43,236 bases of DNA from Candidatus Altiarchaeales archaeon ex4484_96. GTDB lineage: Archaea > Altiarchaeota > Altiarchaeia > IMC4 > QMZM01. Positions 27,128 to 36,080 of this stretch are shown piece after piece. Made by a program: the position numbers and the translations under genes. The stretch covers positions 1-43,236 of the forward strand of contig NJDH01000002.1 in NCBI GenBank assembly GCA_002254405.1, written 5' to 3'. Position 1 is the first letter of the stretch. Each line of letters starts with the position of its first letter. Below the pieces are notes generated by a model that had not been told where the DNA came from, did not search any database, and was given only the letters and a program-made list of their open reading frames with translations.

Positions 27128-29043
27128 TTAATGCCCCTTCTTTTCCATCTCCTGGATTTCTTTCACTATTTCAGGGTTGCTTAAGGTTGTCACATCACCC
27201 GTGTCCTCGTCGTTTGAGATGGCCGCAAGAACCCTTCTCATAATCTTACCTGAGCGGGTTTTAGGCATGTCGGGTACAATCCAGACATGCTTTGGTCTTG
27301 CTATTTTACCTATCTCATCACAGATGGCATCCGATACCTTAGCAGCAATCGCCTTATCAGGGGTGATTCCCGGCTTCAGAGAGATGTATACGTCAGGTAG
27401 CATACCCTTTATATCATCTTTAACCGGTACAACAGCTGCCTCAGCCACCTCCTCAACAACAAGAGACGCGGATTCCAGTTCCTTCGTTCCCAGACGGTGA
27501 CCTGCTACGTTAATAACGTCGTCAAGCCTGCCCAGTATCCTGAAATAACCGTCTTCAGCCAGCAAAGCAGCATCTCCAGCCAGATACGGCCAGTCGCGCC
27601 AGTCCTTGCTGTTCTTGTCCTTGCAGTATCTCCCGTAGTAGGTGTCAACGTACCTTTCCCGGTTGCCCCATATCGTCTGGAAAGCTCCAGGCCACGGGGC
27701 TTTAATGCAGATATTACCTGCCTTTCTTTCACCGGGTTTGATTTCCCTATCCTCGTCATCAAAGATAACAGGATGGATACCAGGTACACCAGGTCCTGCA
27801 CTGCCCGGCTTCATCGCATCCAACGCGGGCAGGGTGCTGCAAAGGAAACCGCCTGTCTCGGTCTGCCACCAGGTGTCGACAATCACTGCCTTACCCTTAC
27901 CAACCACATTATAGTACCATCTCCAGACCTCGGGCTCAATCGGCTCACCAACAGTCGTCATGTGCTTGAAGTTGTAGTTGTACTTTTTTGGTTCATCCGG
28001 ACCAACTTTTCTTAACGCCCTGATTGCTGTCGGAGAGGTGTGGAAGATGTTCACGTCAAGCTCTTCTGCTATCCTCCAAGGCCTTCCGGGATCCGGGTAG
28101 GTTGGCGCACCCTCGAATATTACCGTCGAAGCGGCTAATGCAAGAGGTCCATACACTATGTAGGAGTGTCCCGTAATCCAGCCAATGTCTGCCATACACC
28201 AGTACACATCCTCGGGATGAATATCCTGGACATACTTTGATGTGCCCGTAACATAGGAGAGATAACCTCCCGTGCTGTGCTGGCATCCCTTGGGTTTACC
28301 TGTTGTTCCGCTGGTGTACATCAGGAAAAGCGGGTCTTCTGCTGGCATCTTCACCGGGTCAACCCTGGCTCCGCGGTATTTCTTAAGCAGGTCGTTCACG
28401 AAAACATCCCTGCCATCGACCATCGGAGTCACAGCCGAAAATCCATTGTAATAAGGATATCGCTTTTCGAGTCCTCGATTCTTTCACCAGCTGCTTTGCC
28501 GCTGAATCCACCGAAAACCACTGAATGGATTATACCCAACCTTGCGCAAGCAAGCATGGTTATCGGAAGCTCCGGGACCATTGGTAGGTGGACCGTTACC
28601 CTATCACCTTTTTTCAATCCCATGTCTTTAAGCAGTGCAGCAAATTCGTTGACGCGCACATAGAGTTCCTGAAATGTTATGTGCTCGATTCGCTCCTCTT
28701 CGTTCTCCGAGACGAAATGAATCGCTGTCTTGTTTTTGTGCTTATCAAGGTGTCTGTCAACACAGTTGTAGCAGACGTTTATCTTCCCGCCTACAAACCA
28801 CTTCCAGCATGGTGCGTCGCTTGTGTCAAGTGTCGTGTCCCAGTACTCATACCAGTCCAGAAGGTCTGCGTATTCCTTGAAGCATTCCGGGTAATTATCC
28901 AGACTAAACCGCTCACGTATGTCGCTGTCGGTCATGTTCGCTTGGGCAATAAAGCTCGTGGGAGGTTTAAAATATTGCTCCTCCTGCCAGTGAACAGCTA
29001 TCTGTGCCTCAGATGCTTCTGTTTCTTCATCTGTTTTTGTCAT
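27128..29043 (-). pseudogene. acs: Acetyl-CoA synthetase (AMP-forming), disrupted by internal deletion plus frameshift near 28440
   Basis: N part (WFVGGKIN.CYNCVDRH, MLACARLG..HSVVFGGFS) ends at ILITMD; C part (YTSGTTGKPKG, DTWWQTETGG, PKTRSGKIMRR) resumes in another frame at SAVTPMVDGRD. Confidence 0.85.
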
Positions 29044-29080
29044 CTCAATTCACCTCCGTTTTATATTGTATTATCTTTTT

Positions 29081-30340
29081 TTACTCGTTGTGATGTGGTG
29101 CCTTTGTAAGGAAGGCCAGTACTGCCGCTATCACACACATTACTCCGGATATGATAAAGGCCATATCGTAGCTTCCTAGTATGTCTTTAGCCTGTCCGGC
29201 CAGTATCGGTCCGATGATTCCTGCCACACCATAACCCAAAAATACCATAGCATAGTTTCCGCCATAGTTCTTTATTCCGAAGAAGTCCCTTGTAGCTGCC
29301 GGGAACAATGCGAAGTTTCCTCCGAACATGAAACCAATCCATGCCGCGGCTACCGCCAGTCCTGTGGTGTTCGAACCAAGACCCAAAAATATCAGGGCGA
29401 ACATCATCAAGGCCTGTAGGAAGAACATCAAAGCCATAGCCATTGGTCTTCCCAGTTTGTCGGATAACCAGCCCCATACTATCCTGCCAGCTCCATTAAA
29501 TATCGATAGTATTCCGACTGCTGTTCCAGCAGCAGCTGCCGCCAGCCCGGAGTCGATTCCATAAACCTTAAGTATTCCGATTGTCATCAAACCGGCTGAT
29601 GCGGCGAACACGAACATCACAAGAAGCATCCAGAACTGGGGTGTTTTTATCATAGCCCCACGCTCCCAGTCCTCTGATGTCGCGGTCTTGGCTGACGGTG
29701 CAGGTGGCACCCATCCTTCGGGTTTCCATCCAGCAGGTGGATTGCTCAGCAGAAATGCTCCAACACCTCCAACAGCTAAGAACATTATACCCCATATCTG
29801 CAGGGTACCGCCGAGGCCGTATTTTGCCAGAAGTTGTATTAAATCAATCTGTATTCCTATCATGTTTATTCCCTTACCTGAGAGAACGGATATGAAAAAC
29901 GCTCCGCCCCCGAATCCGGCTACTGCTAGACCTGTTGCCAGACCAAGTTTATCCGGGAACCACTTTCCTAGTGCCGCAATAGGGCATACGTAAGCTAATC
30001 CGATTCCTGCACCAGCTCCTATACCCAATGTCAGCAAGAACCACATGAAGTTTCCGGTCATGAAACCCGATGCCACGTATGATAATCCAAGCAATCCCGC
30101 ACCTACAAGCGCGATTTTCTGGGGACCCATCTTGTCCTGCAACTTACCAGCCCATACCATAACCAGAGCAAATGTTGCTAGTGCCACAGAGAATACTATC
30201 TGGGTTTCTGTTACACTCCATGCAAAATCTGCTTTCAGTTCAGCGGCAAAAACACTCCATGCATAAACTGCCCCTAAACATAATTGAAGCATAAGCGCCC
30301 CAATCATGACCAACCATCTATTACCTGCTTTTTCAGCCAT
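29081..30340 (-). CDS. MFS transporter, oxalate/formate antiporter (OFA)-like
   Basis: 12 TM pattern; LGAVYAWSVF, G.LQDKMGP, KWFPDK.GLATG, NG.GRI.WG.LSDKLGR, FG.KNYG.NY. Confidence 0.9.
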   Translation of the reverse strand: MAEKAGNRWLVMIGALMLQLCLGAVYAWSVFAAELKADFAWSVTETQIVFSVALATFALVMVWAGKLQDKMGPQKIALVGAGLLGLSYVASGFMTGNFMWFLLTLGIGAGAGIGLAYVCPIAALGKWFPDKLGLATGLAVAGFGGGAFFISVLSGKGINMIGIQIDLIQLLAKYGLGGTLQIWGIMFLAVGGVGAFLLSNPPAGWKPEGWVPPAPSAKTATSEDWERGAMIKTPQFWMLLVMFVFAASAGLMTIGILKVYGIDSGLAAAAAGTAVGILSIFNGAGRIVWGWLSDKLGRPMAMALMFFLQALMMFALIFLGLGSNTTGLAVAAAWIGFMFGGNFALFPAATRDFFGIKNYGGNYAMVFLGYGVAGIIGPILAGQAKDILGSYDMAFIISGVMCVIAAVLAFLTKAPHHNE

Positions 30341-30384
30341 TTAGATACCTCGTTTTATTTTTTTTCCCTAAATAGAGATAATTT

Positions 30385-30471
30385 ATCATTATTAATCATT
30401 GATAATAAGGTTATATAAATAAAAGATGAAGAATATTCGACTAAAGACGAAATATCATGATTAATCATTAT
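30385..30471. promoter_or_regulatory. MFS-acs promoter with two copies of the ATGATTAATCAT-type palindrome flanking a TATA box
   Basis: ATCATTATTAATCATTGA (30385-30402), TATA ATTTATATAA on minus strand (30411-30420), ATCATGATTAATCATTAT (30454-30471). Confidence 0.6.
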
Positions 30472-30490
30472 ATTTATTGGAACCCGCGGA

Positions 30491-31414
30491 TTAAAGACGG
30501 CTCCAATAGGGTTTCCTCAAATAATTAAAAACCGAAACCCCCGCAATAGCACCCTCCCCCACAGCAGTCGCAACCTGCAATACGCCACCGGTAACATCAC
30601 CGGCAGCATAAACACCATCAACATTGGTTTTCTGGCTTTCATCCACTATAACATATCCTGTTCCGTTAAGATTTACCCCAGCCTCCTGGGCTATCAGAGT
30701 GGAGGGCACATAACCTACGGCGATAAAGACCCCATCCACGTCAAGTTCGCTTTTTTGTTTTGTTTTATTGTTCACTAACATAACAGAATCAACCATCTTA
30801 TCGCCTTTAATCTGCGTTAGCTCAGTATCATACAATATCTTCACTCCCTTCTCAGCTAGTTGCTCGCACCTCACCTGCTCGGCTCTCAGCATATCCCGCC
30901 TGTGGATTAAATAAACAGTGGATGCCATCTCAGAAAGAGTCAATGCTTCATCCACAGCTGAGTTGCCGCCTCCGATGACAGCCACCTTACGGTCACGGTA
31001 GAAGGGAGCATCGCATGTTGCGCAGAAACTCACACCCCGCCCGATGAACTCAGCCTCTCCTTTTATCCCGAGCTTCCTGTGCTCTGTTCCGGATGCGAGA
31101 ATAACAGTCTTTGTTTGAATCTTTTTTTCCCTGGTTGAAACTTCTTTTATTTCGCCTTTAAGCGAGAGCTGAACTACCTCATCGGGCATTAACTCAACAT
31201 CAAACCCCTTAAGCTGCTCGCTTAGTTTCGACCCGAAATCCATCCCGGATATCGAGCTAAAACCAGGATAATTCTCAAGTGACCTGGCGTTAACAATGTA
31301 TCCGCCTATGATTCCTTTTTCTATGAGCAGGGTTTTCAGCCCGCTTCTTTTAGCATATAACGCGGCCGTGCAGCCAGCCGGCCCCCCGCCGATAACAACA
31401 ACATCATAAACCAT
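30491..31414 (-). CDS. trxB: Thioredoxin-disulfide reductase
   Basis: GGGPAG, ENYPGF, GRGVSFCATCD, GGGNSAVDEA, HRRD..RA, AAGDV. Confidence 0.95.
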   Translation of the reverse strand: MVYDVVVIGGGPAGCTAALYAKRSGLKTLLIEKGIIGGYIVNARSLENYPGFSSISGMDFGSKLSEQLKGFDVELMPDEVVQLSLKGEIKEVSTREKKIQTKTVILASGTEHRKLGIKGEAEFIGRGVSFCATCDAPFYRDRKVAVIGGGNSAVDEALTLSEMASTVYLIHRRDMLRAEQVRCEQLAEKGVKILYDTELTQIKGDKMVDSVMLVNNKTKQKSELDVDGVFIAVGYVPSTLIAQEAGVNLNGTGYVIVDESQKTNVDGVYAAGDVTGGVLQVATAVGEGAIAGVSVFNYLRKPYWSRL

Positions 31415-31455
31415 CCTAGATAAGTTAATACTATTAATGTATTATATATCAAGCA

Positions 31456-33270
31456 TCAACCAAACAGCTCATCTATTAATTCCAGATACATGGCGCTGCT
31501 CCATGCCTGCATGCCGCAGCCAGCGGATTTTCTCACACCCGCAGGCGACAGCTCCGAATGATGCCCGAGCATGCCATCCCACAAAATATCATCCGTTGAA
31601 GCCTCAACAATAGCGTCAACATAACTCCCAAAGCCTTTCGCATCAGTCCTATGCAAAACAAGAGCAGCCAGATTATTCAAATAAAACCAAGAATCACCCC
31701 GATGATAGCTTGCAGGATTCTCCCCCGTATGCTCATCCAAAAAAAGCCCGCTTTTTTTATCAATAGAGGATAGACCACCCCAATCAAGCCAAAGACGAGC
31801 CAAAACATTGCGAAAACACCTAGCCCACAACCCCCGAGATAAAATCCCGGGATAAACATAAGCCGCAATAAAAACATTAGGTCTGATAGTCGCATCACCC
31901 ACCCCATCCAGCAGAAGACCATCCCGGTAAAAACAACGCCTTATCCTGCGAACAAACTCATCCCTAAGATAAAAAAATACATTAGATGACTTATCAAATT
32001 TCTTAAGCCTAGTAAGCCTATAACCCAAAGCATACATCCTCAAAAGAAACGCCTGAATCTCCAACCTACAGCCTAACCGACCATCATCTGCGTAAACCGA
32101 GTCCATCCAGGTTTCCTTAGACCTGTTCATAAGAAACTCATCTGTCATATAATTCTCGTTCATCCTGCAAACACTTTTGATAAAAGCCTCCAAAACAACA
32201 TCCCTCTCCTTCATCAACAGCTTATTAAAGCACTCATCGAATCGCAGAAAAAGCCAACCAATAGAATCGGCGTTTGTCGCAGACACCACACCCGGTAGAT
32301 TAGGTAACCTCCCATCTTCAGCAATCAATCCAAGATAATCGAATAAAATCTTTTTTTTAACAGGCCAAGACACACTCTTTAACGAAACCAGCTCATCCCT
32401 GCTCCACACCTGAAAAAACCAAGGCAAACCCGCATGCACCCGACCATCCACTGTAAGCTGCTTCAGTGATAATCTACACGCATTATAGGCGAAAAACACA
32501 TCCTTCGTCTTTTTATCCTTGCTCTTGAAAAAATCACCGCATACAGAAGACTCAACCTCTCTTCTATCCTTGCTCTCAAGGCCTCTTAGGTTTTCATAAA
32601 CATAATCCACCTCATCAAGAGCCTCATTTTTAGCCAAAGAAAAAGAAACCGCGATTTTTTTGGTATTTAATCTCAGCAAATCATAAACACCCAATTCCAC
32701 GGGAGGGGAATTACGCTCCCTATCCAGCTGATAATGAGCTCCAACCCATCTCTCAACCCTATCGTAATCCAGATGCTCGGGTTTAAATGCAACATAAAGC
32801 CGGTATTGTGCCTCACCTGATTTAGGGTTATTCTTCGTGTACTCGATAAGAAGCTTATCATCCACCTCCGACAGCCCATAAAACCTGCCCATCGCAGCAG
32901 GCTCATAAGAGGGTCTGATATCCAAACAGATTCTTATCGGTTCTTTTTTCCCCAGACGATAAACAAAACTGTTTATACCCGAAGGCATAAAAAAAACCTC
33001 CCGATTAGAGCTAATAAACCTATCCACCCTATAGAACTTATTCAACACCCGCCTGACCTCAAAAACCCTATCCGGACCCAACTCGGCGATAACCCGATAA
33101 AGCATGTTATCATGTGAGAAAAAAACCCCCATATACCTGCTCAACCTGTGAGATGATGGGTTGTTGGGAAAAAAAGTATAACCCAGCCTGTTGTTTGATA
33201 AAAGAAAGGATGTTTCTTTATTGGTTTCCTTCGATGTTGTTTTTTTCCCGAGTTTGTGGATAATCTGCAT
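31456..33270 (-). CDS. Amylo-alpha-1,6-glucosidase (archaeal-type glycogen debranching enzyme)
   Basis: AGLPWFFQVWSRDEL, ETWMDS, IRPN, YHRGDSW, QAWS motifs of the GDE C-terminal domain. Confidence 0.82.
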   Translation of the reverse strand: MQIIHKLGKKTTSKETNKETSFLLSNNRLGYTFFPNNPSSHRLSRYMGVFFSHDNMLYRVIAELGPDRVFEVRRVLNKFYRVDRFISSNREVFFMPSGINSFVYRLGKKEPIRICLDIRPSYEPAAMGRFYGLSEVDDKLLIEYTKNNPKSGEAQYRLYVAFKPEHLDYDRVERWVGAHYQLDRERNSPPVELGVYDLLRLNTKKIAVSFSLAKNEALDEVDYVYENLRGLESKDRREVESSVCGDFFKSKDKKTKDVFFAYNACRLSLKQLTVDGRVHAGLPWFFQVWSRDELVSLKSVSWPVKKKILFDYLGLIAEDGRLPNLPGVVSATNADSIGWLFLRFDECFNKLLMKERDVVLEAFIKSVCRMNENYMTDEFLMNRSKETWMDSVYADDGRLGCRLEIQAFLLRMYALGYRLTRLKKFDKSSNVFFYLRDEFVRRIRRCFYRDGLLLDGVGDATIRPNVFIAAYVYPGILSRGLWARCFRNVLARLWLDWGGLSSIDKKSGLFLDEHTGENPASYHRGDSWFYLNNLAALVLHRTDAKGFGSYVDAIVEASTDDILWDGMLGHHSELSPAGVRKSAGCGMQAWSSAMYLELIDELFG

Positions 33271-33284
33271 CGTAGTGCATTCTT

Positions 33285-35081
33285 TTAGTTATATACTTTC
33301 TTGATCGCTGAATTATGTGCCATAACATAATTGTTTATCAAAACAGCCCAATCAACCATCAAAGCGATATTGTATGCTTCCACCTTGTTTTTAACCCTCT
33401 GGTTTACGCTGAGTTTCGAGAAATCATAAAGACTATTATAAAGGATGTCTATTTTTTTCTTATGTGACTTATTGAATATCTCAAGGATGTAAACGCCCCT
33501 GTTGACCCTGCTCGTATCCTGCATAAGGTACCTGCCGAATCCAGCGTAATCGGTTGTGATAGAGGCAACACCCAACGCAGCAGTTTCAAGAGGCGTGTAC
33601 CCCCAGGGCTCATAGTATGAGGGGAAAACACCAAGATGAGACCCAAGTATCGCTTCATCATAGTTTAAGTCAAGCAAACTATCAGCCCCCGTCAGATAAA
33701 TAGGATAGAATATCGTCTTCACCCTGTCTTCTTTGGCGTTTAATAGATTGTTTTTCTTCAAATGAGACAATATAGGGTCGCTTTCCTCCTGAGGCAAATC
33801 ATGCGTACACAACGGAGGAACGCCTTTTTTATGGAATTTCAGGACCTTCTTTTTGGTCTCAAAGCGGATTTGCTCCTTGAGTATGTGATTCACTGCAGTG
33901 GATTTGCCTGAAATCAGGTTCCTGATAATCCTGTTTTTTATGTCATTAATGCTGTCCTCAATAGACTCCTGTATGTCCTCAAAGTAGGTCCTGTTATGGG
34001 TTATCTCGGGTTTAATTCGCAGGGTGTCCCTTGGAACCCAAAAGAATGCGACAATGGTTTTCTTGGATTTCTCCTTTTTAAGTTTTCTGTTAAGCTTCGC
34101 CAGAGACTCAATAAATAAATCAAATCCCTTGTTGTGGAACTCATATCTGCCTGTGGTGAAAAAAATGAGTGTTTTGTTTAAATCAAACTGATAGTATGGA
34201 AAGAAATAATAGGTTAGAAACTCCTTTATCTTCTCCTTGTAGGAGAGGTGGTCAACCGATATCTGCTCGAATGTGCGGTTTTCATCGATGTTCATACCAT
34301 TATAAAGCAGTATATCGGGTTTTTTCCTCAGAAAATTATTAACCTGCAAAGCCGTTATCTCGCTTACCGTGGTGAAAACATCCGCTACATGAGCTGAAAC
34401 CCTCTCCACCTGATGCTTAGGGTGTACATGCCAATCATAAGCCTCCTTTTCAGGGTCCATATTATTAATCTTATGATACAATTCCACGTTGTTACCTGCT
34501 AATGCGCGACCCAGCATTGTACCGTGTGTGGTGAAAACAGAGGCAATTTTCACGTCATTCATTTTAAGGTGTAGTAGGGCTCCGCATGAAAGCCACTCGT
34601 GGAAGTGGGCTACAATCTTCTGGTCTCTGAACTGCTTTGTCTTAACCAATTCCTCAAGAAGCTCCCCTGCGGCCGCACCCCACAGCATTGGCTCATCAAA
34701 GTCGTGAAAATAGGTTCCCAGTGAATCAATCTCGAAGCTTGTCCACAGCTTGCCTTTAAGCTCATAGTTGCGGGATGTATAGCCCTGGTAGTCTACAAGT
34801 ATTGTGTTAGGTTGTTTGTGGGTAAGCCATTTACCGAAATGGCATACAATACCTTTCTTTTTAAGTTTCTCGAAAACCTTACCTAACGCCTTAGGCGGTA
34901 TCTTCTCCTGGAACTCAGATACTGCTTTTTCATGAAAATAAGGCCCAATTAAAAAATAATTGCTCCCGTATATTCTCAGGGTTGCAGGTATCTTTGATTT
35001 GATAACTGTGTTTATGCCACCTACCTTGTTGCAGACCTCCCAGCTTAACTCGAAAAGATAATCTGCTTTCTTTTTCACCAT
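33285..35081 (-). CDS. Glycogen synthase, GT3 family (yeast/animal-like)
   Basis: FE.SWEVCNKVGGI.TVIKSK, AHFHEW, FTTHGT.LGR, FTTVSEIT, GRYEF.NKG.D, LGVFPSYYEPWGYTPLE. Confidence 0.92.
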   Translation of the reverse strand: MVKKKADYLFELSWEVCNKVGGINTVIKSKIPATLRIYGSNYFLIGPYFHEKAVSEFQEKIPPKALGKVFEKLKKKGIVCHFGKWLTHKQPNTILVDYQGYTSRNYELKGKLWTSFEIDSLGTYFHDFDEPMLWGAAAGELLEELVKTKQFRDQKIVAHFHEWLSCGALLHLKMNDVKIASVFTTHGTMLGRALAGNNVELYHKINNMDPEKEAYDWHVHPKHQVERVSAHVADVFTTVSEITALQVNNFLRKKPDILLYNGMNIDENRTFEQISVDHLSYKEKIKEFLTYYFFPYYQFDLNKTLIFFTTGRYEFHNKGFDLFIESLAKLNRKLKKEKSKKTIVAFFWVPRDTLRIKPEITHNRTYFEDIQESIEDSINDIKNRIIRNLISGKSTAVNHILKEQIRFETKKKVLKFHKKGVPPLCTHDLPQEESDPILSHLKKNNLLNAKEDRVKTIFYPIYLTGADSLLDLNYDEAILGSHLGVFPSYYEPWGYTPLETAALGVASITTDYAGFGRYLMQDTSRVNRGVYILEIFNKSHKKKIDILYNSLYDFSKLSVNQRVKNKVEAYNIALMVDWAVLINNYVMAHNSAIKKVYN

Positions 35082-35096
35082 CTTTTAAGTAGCCAC

Positions 35097-35432
35097 CTAA
35101 CCATTTAATTGCTTTATTTTTTCTTTAACATGGCGGCTCGTGCTTTTTCTGGTCTTAAGTTTGCGGATTTCATCGGCTAATTTAGCGTCCCCTATTACCT
35201 CCTTAATCCAGTTAGCGAAATCGTTTTTGTAGGGGTTCACATGGTAGTGGAATGTTTCAAAGCTCATCTTTGAAAGCTCGTTCGCTAGATCCTCCAGATT
35301 CTTCAGCACCGGCCCATCATGCACCCAGAACACCTTGTCTTGGGGAACATCAACTATGGCTTTTTTTTTCTTCCTTGCTTTCTTCTTTTTAGCAACCATT
35401 TTCTTAATCCTCTTTAAATCAATTTCGTTCAT
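35097..35432 (-). CDS. Small hypothetical protein (DUF5752-like) heading the glycogen operon
   Basis: F....G..LKNL.DL...L......F.YHV....NDFANWI..VIGD..LA pattern; basic N-terminus, start may be 35399. Confidence 0.7.
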   Translation of the reverse strand: MNEIDLKRIKKMVAKKKKARKKKKAIVDVPQDKVFWVHDGPVLKNLEDLANELSKMSFETFHYHVNPYKNDFANWIKEVIGDAKLADEIRKLKTRKSTSRHVKEKIKQLNG

Positions 35433-35680
35433 TTTGTATGGAGTGGTAAATATCCATAGTATTTTATATTATACTTGTTAGATTAAAAATAAGGCTTCAA
35501 CTGATGTGTGTTAGAGTCTTTTTTATTCAGTAGAATACTGTTCTATGGATGAAATAAACACCTAAATAATGCACAATGACCCAATAATGCCACAACACGG
35601 GGTTTTTTGTCTCAATAATCCCTTAATGCAATTTATGTCACTAATATTTATACGTCCTTAAACCATTAGATTTACATAAA

Positions 35681-36049
35681 ATGACCTCAATACTAGTGAT
35701 AGAGGACTCGATATTCGAGAGAAAAGCAATAACAGGACATCTCAAGAGACTAGGATACATTCAAATAACAGAAGCAAGCAATGGAGAAGAAGGACTGAAG
35801 ATAGCCAAAGAAAAGATACCAGATATCATATTGCTGGATCTTAGGATGCCGGGCATGGATGGGATGGATGTGATAGAAGAGCTTAAAAAACACCAAACGA
35901 ACATAAAAATAATTGTAGTAAGCATAATCAGAAACAAGAGAATAGTGGAAAAGTGCCTTGGACTGGGCGCAGACGACTATCTCAGTAAACCAGTATCCCA
36001 AGAGAAACTAAAAGAAAAAATTGACAAAGTATTAGGTTCTGGCTCCTAA
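35681..36049 (+). CDS. Stand-alone response regulator receiver (CheY-like)
   Basis: ILVIEDS, A.NGEEGL, PDIILLDLRMPGMDG, GADDYLSKP. Confidence 0.92.
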   Translation: MTSILVIEDSIFERKAITGHLKRLGYIQITEASNGEEGLKIAKEKIPDIILLDLRMPGMDGMDVIEELKKHQTNIKIIVVSIIRNKRIVEKCLGLGADDYLSKPVSQEKLKEKIDKVLGSGS

Positions 36050-36080
36050 TTTAAAGCCCGCCCCTTAAATAGATAAGAAG

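Noticed and set aside
28429-28445. Selenocysteine readthrough or programmed frameshift at the acs TGA
   Set aside because: Downstream half is in a different frame, conserved sequence is missing and there is no slippery site
27177-29993. Numerous 60-170 aa antisense and alternative-frame ORFs over acs and the MFS gene
   Set aside because: Shadow ORFs of well-supported genes with no motifs; the same applies to similar ORFs elsewhere in the track
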